Shown piece after piece: positions 41,987 to 51,455 of a stretch of 64,000 nt of DNA. Made by a program: the position numbers and the translations under genes. Position 1 is the first letter of the stretch, and every line of letters begins with the position of its first letter. The notes under the pieces were generated by a model. It saw only the letters and a list, made by a program, of their open reading frames with translations. It searched no databases and was not told where the DNA came from. Location of the stretch: the NCBI GenBank assembly GCA_963817385.1, contig CAWFOM010000008.1, forward strand, positions 160,001-224,000, written 5' to 3'. The DNA comes from an uncultured delta proteobacterium (GTDB lineage: Bacteria > Desulfobacterota > Syntrophia > Syntrophales > UBA5619).

Positions 41987-44900
41987 CTATGGTTCCACCC
42001 TCTTGTCTTTCCAGAAGAGCAAATTGGTCCGATTGTCGAAACCGGGAGGATTGGTATCCGCCCGCTGGGTCTGGGCGCCGGTCGTGCCGCTGCCGCTGGT
42101 CGTGACGTACAGATCCGAGGTTCCGTCGGGCCTCACCGAAATGATCGGGGCGGAGGGAATCCCCGTTCCGATTTCCATGCTGGTTACGGGATCGGTTTCC
42201 CCCGCTTTGACGAGCGCTGCGGCGCCCGTCGTGAAATCGAGGCCGTAGATCTTCGCTGCCCCCCCCTGATCACAGGGGTTCGTGCTGCTGGAAGCCGTAT
42301 ACGTGGTCGCGTAGAGGATCCCGCCGAAGACCGTCGAATTGGCAAGGACCTTCTCGCCCGCGGCCAGGTTGATGTAGTAGCCGGGTACGGAGGTGTCGGT
42401 GACGCCCGCTCCACCGGATAGAGACTGTAAACTGGCGATATTGCGCATCGTCCCATCGTCCTTCACGGCGAATATCTTCCCGCTCGCGGTAGCGTTCGTC
42501 GGATCCAACTTGTCGCCGGTGCCCCAGTAGACCCAGACATTCCCGTCCCGGTCTTTCGTCTCGGCCGCCGAGGTGTATATGGGGCCGCTGCTTGCCTCGA
42601 AAAGACGTGCGCCCGTCCAACTGGACGTGCTGCAGGAATCGCCGTCCTTCTTGAAGCAGAACTTGAAACGCCACATGTTACCGCCGAGGTCGCCCAGATA
42701 GACCGTATCGGTGAATCCGTCATTGTCCATATCGACGATCGCGGGCGGCGCCGGCATGGGGTTGTTCAGGTTCGCGTCGTCCGCCTTGGTACGGCTCCAG
42801 AGGACGTTTCCGCTGTAGAGATCGACGACAAAAAACCCCTTGCCGCTCTCCGCGGCGCCCGGCGCAGAGGCCCCCCCGCCGACAAAGCCTACCCACTTCT
42901 CCAACCCGCCGTCCAGAATCCTTCCCACCATCATCTTGCTCCAGGGCGCGCCCATGTATGCCTGGGCGGATGAGATTCCCAGCCGCCACTTGAATACGGG
43001 GGGCAGACTTTCGTCGGTGATATCCAGGGCATAATACCCGCAATAGTATTGATAAACGGATGTATACGCCTGATTGAAACCGGAATCGCACGATGCGGAG
43101 GAAGACCAGAGGTTCGTTCCGGCGCCCCTCCCTTCCGCGAAAACCATGAGCGTGCGCCACTCTGCCACGCTTTTCGACTTCCCGTCCGCCCAAGAGGTGG
43201 GAAGCCACACATCGGCGACCGTGACCGGGCCGTCGACATAGTACTGATGGGTAAGCGATGTCGGCTCGGTGGCATGGGAGATGAGCTTCAGGCGCGGCAG
43301 GAGGTTCGGCGGGATGAAGCTCCACGCCTCGGCGCCGTCGCTGGTCTTGAAGGCGTGCAACTGTCCTTCGTTCGCGCCGGCGACGACGACCCGTCCCGAA
43401 TAGGGACTGGTTTTACGGGGATGCGCCGCCCGGTAGTTGCTAAACGCATTGTTGACATCCCGGACATCGCTGAAGTACTGAGAGGGTTCCCCCACCGTGA
43501 TCGGCGTCGAACGGAAGACGTCGCCCAGTTTCCAGTTGTCCGGGTTATAGTTCGACGGACTGGTGTTTTCGCCGCGGATGTAGCCGACCACCGCATCGCG
43601 CTGAGCATTTTTTTGTGCCTCCGTAAGGGTCGTATCTGTTATCCCTAAATCCGCCGGGGTGATATTGGCTGTCGTGAAGTCCTGAAGAAGCCCGCCCTTG
43701 TACGTTTTCATTATGCGTTCGGCCGCCGGTTTGCTTGCCAGCATGGTGCCCGCATCCCAATCGGCCTCCGGTGCCACTTTACCATCGGTGCTATTGATGC
43801 TGAACCGTCTCAAATGTCCGCGCCAGAAAGGATCCCCCGCAATCGGCTGGAAGGAGCCTTCGTAGATATAGTTCTCATCCGCGGTCCGCGATGACTGGAT
43901 CGACGACTGGGAAAATGAATAGGTGGCCTCGCGGATGATGTTGATGGCCGCTTTTACGGCTGCGACCAGTTCATCCGCGTTGGCGGCGATATAGGCGTAC
44001 CCCGACAGATCCAGGTATCCGGGGTCGTTTGAACTTGCGCGAAAATTCGCGGTCGAGATACCCGTAGTAGTCGGATAGGGTTTGGTAGCGTCATAACAGG
44101 CTTCCGTCGAAGCCGAACTAGCCGTTCCGCAGCTTGTCACGCCCGATGGATAGCAGGCGCCGGGGTTCGTCGTGGCATTGCAGCAGGCGCTGGGGTTCGG
44201 CACAACGGCATTGCAGTCGTTGGCGATACTATAGGCTGTCGTGCTGCCCGAGTTAGCAGTGTTGGGGTTGTCCGTCCCGCCGTAGTAGGCCATCCAGTTG
44301 AGCGTATTGCGCAGATAGGGAGGCATCGCGGTACCGAAACCGATGACAAAAACCTTGTAACCCGCATCGCCCAATGCCTTGGCCTTTGCCACGACTTCCC
44401 GTCTGTTTTTATATCGTTCACTGTCGCATTCCGCACCGTCGGCCCCGCAGCCGTAGGTATCCGAACCGTCCGTAATAAGGATGATGAACTTCTGACGGCA
44501 GTCCTTGGCATCGTCCGCCGCCTTGTGGTCGTCGAGGGCCAGCTTGGCCTCTTTCAGCGCTGAAATCAACGGCGTACCGCCGCTGGCGGACTCGGCGCTC
44601 ACACTGGTGTTTATGCTGCTGTAGCTGGAGCCGATTGTCTTGACCAAACTGTTGCATCCTCCGGTGTAACTGTTCCCCGTGTCATCGGCGGAGCAGTTGG
44701 TAAATCGCATATAGCCGAGTCGAACCCCGAGGCTGGTTTCGTCCGTGCTGTTGATCGTGTTGTCGTTGTTGTCGTCGAGAATGTTGAAGATGGATCGCTT
44801 GGCGATGGCGAGGCGGCTGCAATCTTTCGTGCAACCACCGGATGTGCACGCCGTGGAGCAGGCGGCCGTTGTACACGGCGTTGTGCAGCCGGTCGTTGTG

Positions 44901-45508
44901 CACGCCACCGTGCATGATCTACTGTACGAACTATGGGAACTGGCGCAGAAACCATCTCTGCAGTCGGACCAGTTTTCGCTGTAACGGCAATTAGCCGTGT
45001 CCGGCGTGCTGCAGGAGGAGTGCGCGTAATAAGTAATGCCGCTCGCCGCCGAATTGTTGCAAAATCCGTCGGTGCGCCCGCAAGCGGCGCCCCGGCAATT
45101 CGCGACATCCGGCGTCCCGCAGGCGGCGGCAGCGTAAACCGTCGCGGCGCTATGTGAAGTGGAACAAAATCCGTTGCTGCAACCGCTGCCCACGCAATTT
45201 GTGGCATCCGCTTCGGTGCACGTGGCCGCCGCATAGAAAGTAACGGCGCTCTTTGAACTTCCGCAGAATCCGCCCGAGCAACCGGTGCCGCCGCAATTCG
45301 TGGCATCGGCATAGCACGAGTCGGTCGACCCGTACTTCAGGTTATCTCCCGCCGGGTTCCAGGCCATGCTTCCCGAAAGGTCCATGAGGATCAAGGCATC
45401 CGGCGCCGTTGTTGTGGTAAAAAGGGCCGTTTCATCGGCGCGGGCATCGCTGGCCAGCATTACGCCGCAGACGAGTAACATCAGAATCATCATCCTTGTT
45501 TTCATCAT
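41987..45508 (-). CDS. pilY1: PilY1/PilC type IV pilus tip adhesin (vWA domain plus beta-propeller)
   Basis: Signal peptide, MIDAS DLSGS, GGTPL, ITDG, WKLGDVFRSTP, WSFIP, YYVDG, Ca-binding DMDNDGFTD. Confidence 0.9.
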   Translation of the reverse strand: MMKTRMMILMLLVCGVMLASDARADETALFTTTTAPDALILMDLSGSMAWNPAGDNLKYGSTDSCYADATNCGGTGCSGGFCGSSKSAVTFYAAATCTEADATNCVGSGCSNGFCSTSHSAATVYAAAACGTPDVANCRGAACGRTDGFCNNSAASGITYYAHSSCSTPDTANCRYSENWSDCRDGFCASSHSSYSRSCTVACTTTGCTTPCTTAACSTACTSGGCTKDCSRLAIAKRSIFNILDDNNDNTINSTDETSLGVRLGYMRFTNCSADDTGNSYTGGCNSLVKTIGSSYSSINTSVSAESASGGTPLISALKEAKLALDDHKAADDAKDCRQKFIILITDGSDTYGCGADGAECDSERYKNRREVVAKAKALGDAGYKVFVIGFGTAMPPYLRNTLNWMAYYGGTDNPNTANSGSTTAYSIANDCNAVVPNPSACCNATTNPGACYPSGVTSCGTASSASTEACYDATKPYPTTTGISTANFRASSNDPGYLDLSGYAYIAANADELVAAVKAAINIIREATYSFSQSSIQSSRTADENYIYEGSFQPIAGDPFWRGHLRRFSINSTDGKVAPEADWDAGTMLASKPAAERIMKTYKGGLLQDFTTANITPADLGITDTTLTEAQKNAQRDAVVGYIRGENTSPSNYNPDNWKLGDVFRSTPITVGEPSQYFSDVRDVNNAFSNYRAAHPRKTSPYSGRVVVAGANEGQLHAFKTSDGAEAWSFIPPNLLPRLKLISHATEPTSLTHQYYVDGPVTVADVWLPTSWADGKSKSVAEWRTLMVFAEGRGAGTNLWSSSASCDSGFNQAYTSVYQYYCGYYALDITDESLPPVFKWRLGISSAQAYMGAPWSKMMVGRILDGGLEKWVGFVGGGASAPGAAESGKGFFVVDLYSGNVLWSRTKADDANLNNPMPAPPAIVDMDNDGFTDTVYLGDLGGNMWRFKFCFKKDGDSCSTSSWTGARLFEASSGPIYTSAAETKDRDGNVWVYWGTGDKLDPTNATASGKIFAVKDDGTMRNIASLQSLSGGAGVTDTSVPGYYINLAAGEKVLANSTVFGGILYATTYTASSSTNPCDQGGAAKIYGLDFTTGAAALVKAGETDPVTSMEIGTGIPSAPIISVRPDGTSDLYVTTSGSGTTGAQTQRADTNPPGFDNRTNLLFWKDKRVEP

Positions 45509-45784
45509 GGCATTTTCCTCCTCAATCCGGACCACGTGGCTATATCCACAGGGCCAAATCCGGCGCTCAAGCCGGCGACATATGTATTTATGGAATTCAT
45601 CAGGATTTGCCCGTCATTTTGCATCCATTAACCAAGAACCTTTCCCAGGCCAAACAACCGGTGATGGATCCGGATGAGATTCTCGATGTTGCGATTCAAT
45701 TTGAACTCCCTTCGATCATAGAGTCGTTCCCGCCGGCAAGAAAACCGGAGAGTCACGCCCGGAAAAGCGGCTTTCACGAGCCTC

Positions 45785-46267
45785 TTACTCGTATCCGGTG
45801 CCCTTGGGGGCGGCATAGCCAATCCCCACATCGATCCGCACGTTACTGCCGTAGGCTGTATTCATGCCCGTTACTCGGCCGCTATAGGACTTTTGCTCCC
45901 AACTGCTGAAGCCCAGCAAATCTCGCGTAGACGGACCGATAGTGGTCGGGACCAGATTGCTGATTGTATAGAGTGATGCGGGATCCGTGGGATCCACCTG
46001 CCGCCGCCGGGCTTCCTCTTCCCCCAACAGCTGCGTCACCCCTTCATTCAAGATGGCCGTAAGAGTCAGCGGAGTGCCAATGAAGCCCCTCGTTAGACGG
46101 TGAACACCGGTTTCTGCTGCAGAGATCGCTTTTTTCTCGCCGGCGATGCGGCTGCTGATCTTCAGATCTCCCGTCGAGACGGAAATCACCAGGTAACCGA
46201 GCGCCATGAGGATCATGATCGCCATAATCGCCGTTACCAGGGCAAATCCCCTTTGGTTGCCATTCAT
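45785..46267 (-). CDS. pilX: PilX-like minor pilin
   Basis: NQRG/FALVTA, AAETG. Confidence 0.8.
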   Translation of the reverse strand: MNGNQRGFALVTAIMAIMILMALGYLVISVSTGDLKISSRIAGEKKAISAAETGVHRLTRGFIGTPLTLTAILNEGVTQLLGEEEARRRQVDPTDPASLYTISNLVPTTIGPSTRDLLGFSSWEQKSYSGRVTGMNTAYGSNVRIDVGIGYAAPKGTGYE

Positions 46268-46289
46268 AAACAGTGCACCTCTTCTCAGG

Positions 46290-47024
46290 TTAGCGGATGA
46301 CATGATTCCGCGGGATGACGCTTGTGGAATAAACCAACCGCCGTTTCTCCGAATCTTTCTCCTCCGTCTCCACCCAGAGCGTTATATCGATGCGGGCGAT
46401 GTTCGGGATGCCGGTCGGCGTCGGCAGTCCCGCGGCGGGTATCTCGGCGCCCTGGGCGTTGAAATACCGAAAGACCGGTACCTCGGCGGTGTTGATGACC
46501 CGGACTGCGCGCGGTCTGCCGCTGGCAACGGTGTCTCCCAGGAATGGCTGGGCGCTGCTGCAGTTCGTCGAACGGGTAATGTACTGATTGTCCGTATCGT
46601 AGGCGTAGGTGATGATCTCGTTGGGACTGCCGCCTACGACGCCGTCACCGTCACCGACGCCGTCACCGTCAACGTCGGGACCGTTGATGTCCGCCTCGAC
46701 GGTAATCGATGAGTCGGTTGCGGCCTGGATTCCCCGGTAATTCTGATTGGCGGATGGCGCGGTGCAGGGGGGCGGAGACGCAGGATTCCTCCACATATTG
46801 TCGGTCAGGCTCGCATTGGTCGGATTGTACGAGGCCATCTGGATTTCGATGCCCATCAGCTCCAGGGCGGCGCGGGCATCCTGGCCGGCGATGACTTTCC
46901 GCTCGATATTGGCGGTGGAACGCTGACCGGTCGCGACGGCGGCGTAGATCACCGCAATGATCACCAGCCCCACGAAAATCGAAATCAGCACCTCGACGAG
47001 GGTATAGCCTGCGGACTTCTTCAT
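46290..47024 (-). CDS. pilW: PilW-like minor pilin
   Basis: AG/YTLVE prepilin motif, EIQMASY. Confidence 0.8.
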   Translation of the reverse strand: MKKSAGYTLVEVLISIFVGLVIIAVIYAAVATGQRSTANIERKVIAGQDARAALELMGIEIQMASYNPTNASLTDNMWRNPASPPPCTAPSANQNYRGIQAATDSSITVEADINGPDVDGDGVGDGDGVVGGSPNEIITYAYDTDNQYITRSTNCSSAQPFLGDTVASGRPRAVRVINTAEVPVFRYFNAQGAEIPAAGLPTPTGIPNIARIDITLWVETEEKDSEKRRLVYSTSVIPRNHVIR

Positions 47025-47452
47025 GAGCACCCACCAAAACGAAATGGTTCCTGCCGGGTGACAACGATGCTTTCTTTAATGCCCGTAGTATTGAGAGGCC
47101 AGCTCACGGTCACCGTAACCCTCCACAGGTTCGTGGCAATAAAGGTCGTTTCCGTCTGGACGGTGAAGCCGATGTCACCCGGCTGCGCCGATCCCTGGCC
47201 GCTGGTAAACAGGGTCTGGGGAACCGTCCCCGCCGTGACCACGTTGCAGGGATTCATGATCGCCAGTTCCTGAGTTGTCAGCTCCTTGCCGAGCATCATC
47301 GCCGCCCGCCCGAGGTAATCGGTCCGCGCGGTCGTCTGCAAGGCGGAGGGCTGCATGGAGAGCAACCCCAGCACTCCGATGGAGACGAGCAGGATTGCAA
47401 TCACCGATTCGATCAGGGTGATACCCCGGTTATTGCATCGTGAACTGGACAT
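47021..47452 (-). CDS. pilV: PilV-like minor pilin
   Basis: RG/ITLIE prepilin motif, VTVTVSW. Confidence 0.8.
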   Translation of the reverse strand: MSSSRCNNRGITLIESVIAILLVSIGVLGLLSMQPSALQTTARTDYLGRAAMMLGKELTTQELAIMNPCNVVTAGTVPQTLFTSGQGSAQPGDIGFTVQTETTFIATNLWRVTVTVSWPLNTTGIKESIVVTRQEPFRFGGCS

Positions 47453-47906
47453 ATGTTCTTCCTGTTATGTTGACAGTGATATCCGCCCGGGAGCCCAGCC
47501 TGTTTATCAGTCTCAGACTTCCCGCCGACACTGTTCCTCGCTTCTGGAAGTTGACCACTCCCCCTGGGTAATTGACGCTGTCGAAGCGGATGCCGCTTCC
47601 GAATGACGCCAGTAACTTGGGCTGCAGCCAAACGTCCGCCCAGGGGGCCGGGGGAGCCGAACGGGAAAGGGCGTAATTATTGAGAGCGACGTTCAATGTA
47701 ATGCGATAATCCTGGTTCTCAGCAACAACTCTCTGTTTTGCCTCCGAAAAATCACCCATTATTTCTCTTGCCGCGGTCTTCAGGTCGGCGTTGTTTGAAT
47801 ACCGCTGGAGCTGGGGCACGGCGATTGCCGACACGATCGCAATCAGGGCCATAGCGATGATGAGCTCTATCAGGGAAAATCCTCCTGACGTTCGTGTTCT
47901 CTTCAT
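47430..47906 (-). CDS. fimT: FimT/GspH-like minor pilin
   Basis: GG/FSLIE prepilin motif, AIAVP, C-terminal ITGR. Confidence 0.8.
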   Translation of the reverse strand: MKRTRTSGGFSLIELIIAMALIAIVSAIAVPQLQRYSNNADLKTAAREIMGDFSEAKQRVVAENQDYRITLNVALNNYALSRSAPPAPWADVWLQPKLLASFGSGIRFDSVNYPGGVVNFQKRGTVSAGSLRLINRLGSRADITVNITGRTYVQFTMQ

Positions 47907-48181
47907 ACGGAATTTCTCTTTTTCTTGAATGTTTTCATAAAGAAACCTGCTTTGCATCCATGATATGAGGAATGCAAACCGATTGTCAACAGAAAACCTA
48001 TTTCCGTGAGTGAACTACTTCACAGTTTATGGGTGATCTACTTCACACTCTCAGCAATGGGGAATTACATATCCTTCGCCGGAAGGGTCCGGTCCCGATC
48101 GCAGGGCGCCTGATCCCGGTCTTGCATCCGGAGCGCAGGAAACGCCGCATCTGATAAAGAACCGGATTCATCAATAGCTCC

Positions 48182-48958
48182 TTAGATTCGGAAGGAGAAA
48201 AAAAGTTCGCTCAGGCAGTTCCCGAAAAAAAGGTGGATCACTGCCGCCGCACAGAGGAAAGGACCGAAAGGAACCGCATACCGCATGTCCTTCCCCTTCC
48301 CCAACATGAGCGCAACCCCCACGACCGCGCCGAGGAGAGAACTGACGAGGATGATGAACAGGAGGGATTGCCAGCCCAGAAAGGCCCCGAGCATGGCAAG
48401 GAGATTTACATCTCCACCGCCCATCCCCTCTCGCCCGGTCAGCGCCTCGTAGTAAACAGCCACGAAATAGAGGCTGCCGGCCCCAATCATGATGCCGAGA
48501 AAGGCATCGATGGCCGCAAATCCCAGGGAAAAGACGGCCAAAACCGCAAAGACTGGAATCCCACCCAGGGTCAGGACGTGGGGGATAATCTGGTGATCGA
48601 GATCGATGAAGGTGATGACGATGAGTGTGCAAATGAAGAGGAACACGGCAGGAAAGGCAGGCGTTAGACCGTATTTTCGAAAGAGGAGCCAGGAGAAAAC
48701 GGCGGTGAGGAGCTCGACCAACGGATAGCGGTAAGAGATGCGCTCCCCGCAATCACGGCACTTCGCGCCGAGCAGGAGAAAGCTGATGAGCGGGATGTTG
48801 TCACGGAGGCGGATCGGATGGCCGCAGTGCGGACAGCGGGAGGGTGGGAAAACGATGGAGATCCCTTCGGGAATCCGGGAGATGCAGACATTGAGGAAGC
48901 TCCCCACCGCGGCGCCCGTCAGGGTAAAGATGACCGCCAGCCACACCGTCGAAAACAT
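48182..48958 (-). CDS. pilD: Prepilin peptidase
   Basis: GSFLNV, CPHC..CRDC, GMGGGD, PFGPFL. Confidence 0.96.
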   Translation of the reverse strand: MFSTVWLAVIFTLTGAAVGSFLNVCISRIPEGISIVFPPSRCPHCGHPIRLRDNIPLISFLLLGAKCRDCGERISYRYPLVELLTAVFSWLLFRKYGLTPAFPAVFLFICTLIVITFIDLDHQIIPHVLTLGGIPVFAVLAVFSLGFAAIDAFLGIMIGAGSLYFVAVYYEALTGREGMGGGDVNLLAMLGAFLGWQSLLFIILVSSLLGAVVGVALMLGKGKDMRYAVPFGPFLCAAAVIHLFFGNCLSELFFSFRI

Positions 48959-48976
48959 GCCTCCACCCTCCGGCCC

Positions 48977-49432
48977 TTAGCCGTCCTTTCGCTCCCAGTC
49001 ATATGGGATATCATTTTCATGGGGATGAACGCGGAATTCATCCGGCTCCCGGTAGTTGTACGCTTCGGTCGGGGTGTTCACGACAATCGCCTCTTCCGGG
49101 GAGATGCACTTGAAACCATGAAAGACAAAAGGTGGGATGTGAAGGAGGATTGGGTTGTGAACGCCTGCAAAAAACTCATCAACCTCGCCGGCCGTTTTCG
49201 ATCCTACGCGGCCGTCGTACAGGACGATCTTCATCATCCCCCGGACGACCGCCATGTTGTCGGACTGCCTTTTGTGGTAGTGCCACCCCTTGACCACCCC
49301 CGAATAGGCGGTGGTCATGTAGACCTGTCCGAAGCCTGCGAACATCTCGTCATCGGCGCGAAGGATCTCCATCAGCCGTCCCCGCTCGTCCGATATCACC
49401 TTCAGCTTCTTGACCATCACCCCCTCTATCAT
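48977..49432 (-). CDS. rfbC: dTDP-4-dehydrorhamnose 3,5-epimerase family (cupin)
   Basis: DERGRLME, VVKGWHYH, HGFK. Confidence 0.85.
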   Translation of the reverse strand: MIEGVMVKKLKVISDERGRLMEILRADDEMFAGFGQVYMTTAYSGVVKGWHYHKRQSDNMAVVRGMMKIVLYDGRVGSKTAGEVDEFFAGVHNPILLHIPPFVFHGFKCISPEEAIVVNTPTEAYNYREPDEFRVHPHENDIPYDWERKDG

Positions 49433-49459
49433 CGCCTCTCCTCCCCTTTCCCGGTCCGC

Positions 49460-50188
49460 CTATAGCTTGTTCGCTCCGGTCTTCGCCACCATATTGCCCG
49501 CATACTGGAGGGAATCGAAGGTACCCGCGTCGGTCCACCAACCTTCCAGTATATCCCAGGCGATTTTCCCCTCACGGATATAAAAGTTATTGACATCGGT
49601 GATCTCCAGTTCTCCCCGCTCCGACGGTTTCAGGGTCCTGATGAAATCGAACACCCGGTGATCGTACATGTAGATCCCGATGACCGCATAGTCGGAGGCG
49701 GGGGCGGGCGGCTTCTCATCGATCCGCACGATCCTCTCCCCCTCGAATACCGGTACGCCGAAACGCTGGGGATCAGACACTTCCTTGAGCAGGATGCGGG
49801 CTCCTTCCTTTTGAGCCCGGAAGGACTCCACGGCCCCCCGGATGTTCGTCTCGATGATGTTGTCACCGAGGATCACGACGATCTTGTCGTTATCGGTAAA
49901 ATATTCCGCAAGACTCAGGGCGGCGGCGATTCCCCCCTCTCCTTCCTGATAAGTATAGTTGAGGTGCCTGAGGCCGAATTCCTTCCCGTTTCCCAACAGG
50001 CGAAGGAATTCGCCGGCGCTGTTTCCGCCGGTCACAATCAGGATCTCATCGATCCCGGCGTTCACCAGGGTCCGAAGGGGGTAGTAGATCATCGGTTTGT
50101 TGAAGATCGGCAGCAGATGCTTGTTGGTTACCTTGGTCAGGGGGTACATCCTCGTCCCCAGACCTCCCGCTAAGACGACGCCCTTCAT
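49460..50188 (-). CDS. rfbA: Glucose-1-phosphate thymidylyltransferase (short, SpsI-like)
   Basis: LAGGLGTRMYPLT, RGELEITD, WTDAGT. Confidence 0.88.
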   Translation of the reverse strand: MKGVVLAGGLGTRMYPLTKVTNKHLLPIFNKPMIYYPLRTLVNAGIDEILIVTGGNSAGEFLRLLGNGKEFGLRHLNYTYQEGEGGIAAALSLAEYFTDNDKIVVILGDNIIETNIRGAVESFRAQKEGARILLKEVSDPQRFGVPVFEGERIVRIDEKPPAPASDYAVIGIYMYDHRVFDFIRTLKPSERGELEITDVNNFYIREGKIAWDILEGWWTDAGTFDSLQYAGNMVAKTGANKL

Positions 50189-50339
50189 ATCTTTTCTCCT
50201 TTCGGTCAAGCCATCGGTAGCGCATCCATAGCACATTTTCCCGAGAGATCACAACTGGAAAACCCTTCGCTCCGCTGGCATGCGCAGATCGGCCGAAAAA
50301 CATTTTTCACATCCGTACAGACCATGGTATAAAAGGATC

Positions 50340-51455
50340 ATGGGAGAAAGAACTGCCATTTTGACCGATGAGGGCTTCATGCGCCGAGCGCTCCGGCTGG
50401 CCCGGAAGGGGGAGGGTCGCGTCAGTCCGAATCCGCTGGTCGGCGCCGTCATCGTTCGGAACGGCCGGATCATCGCCGAAGGGTACCACCGCCGCTATGG
50501 AGAGAGCCACGCGGAGATCAACGCCATCGAAAGCGCAACGGAGGAGATCGCGGGGGCGACCTTTTACATCACCCTCGAACCGTGCAGCCATTACGGAAAA
50601 ACACCTCCCTGCGTCGACGCCCTGATCGCCTGCCGCCCCGCCCGCGTCGTCGTCGGAACGATCGACCCCAACCCGCTGGTCTCCGGGAAGGGGATCGCAG
50701 CCCTCCGGAACCACGGAATCGAAACAACAACAGGGGTCCTCGAGGAGGCGTGCCGGCGTCAAAACGAGGTCTTCTTCAAATACATCCGCACCGGCATCCC
50801 GTTCGTCACCCTGAAATTCGCGCAGACCCTCGACGGCCGGATAGCAACAGCTACCGGTCATTCACGCTGGATCAGCTCTCCTGCGTCGCTCCGCTTCGCA
50901 CACCGGTTGCGGAATGTTCATGACGCGATCCTCGTCGGGGCGGAGACCGTCCGGAAAGATGACCCGGAGCTGACCTGCCGCCTTGTCCGGGGCCGGAATC
51001 CCCTCCGGGTCATCGTCGATTCGCATCTGCGGACCTCGCCGGATGCACGGATATTTACCGCTGGTCCGCATGCTCGGACGATCGTAGCCACGACACACCG
51101 GGCGGCGGAAGAGAGGCGGCGGCTTTTTGCGGATAAGGGGATCGAAACCGTCTCCCTGGGAATGGATCCGACGGGGCAAGTCGATCTGCGCGAGCTCCTG
51201 AGCGCCCTGGGAAAAAGGGAGGTCTCCTCTCTCCTGGTAGAGGGCGGTTCAGCCGTCATCACTTCATTCCTGAAGGAGCATCTTGCCGACCGCCTGATCG
51301 TCATCCTGGCGCCCAGGATCGTCGGGGAGGGGCTCAATTCCGTCGGCGAGATGGGCATCCGGCGGATGGATGACGCGCTTCACCTCTTCTTCCGGCGGAT
51401 TACCCGCAGCGGCAGCGACCTCATCCTCGACGTCGGATTCAACCCAGCGAGCTGA
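50340..51455 (+). CDS. ribD: Riboflavin biosynthesis deaminase/reductase RibD
   Basis: PNPLVG, HAE, LEPC..PPC, LVEGG. Confidence 0.97.
   Translation: MGERTAILTDEGFMRRALRLARKGEGRVSPNPLVGAVIVRNGRIIAEGYHRRYGESHAEINAIESATEEIAGATFYITLEPCSHYGKTPPCVDALIACRPARVVVGTIDPNPLVSGKGIAALRNHGIETTTGVLEEACRRQNEVFFKYIRTGIPFVTLKFAQTLDGRIATATGHSRWISSPASLRFAHRLRNVHDAILVGAETVRKDDPELTCRLVRGRNPLRVIVDSHLRTSPDARIFTAGPHARTIVATTHRAAEERRRLFADKGIETVSLGMDPTGQVDLRELLSALGKREVSSLLVEGGSAVITSFLKEHLADRLIVILAPRIVGEGLNSVGEMGIRRMDDALHLFFRRITRSGSDLILDVGFNPAS

Noticed and set aside
47973..47990. Sigma54 promoter for the fimT operon (TGACAATCGGTTTGC on minus strand)
   Set aside because: The invariant -24 GG is GA; equally readable as a sigma70 -35 box.
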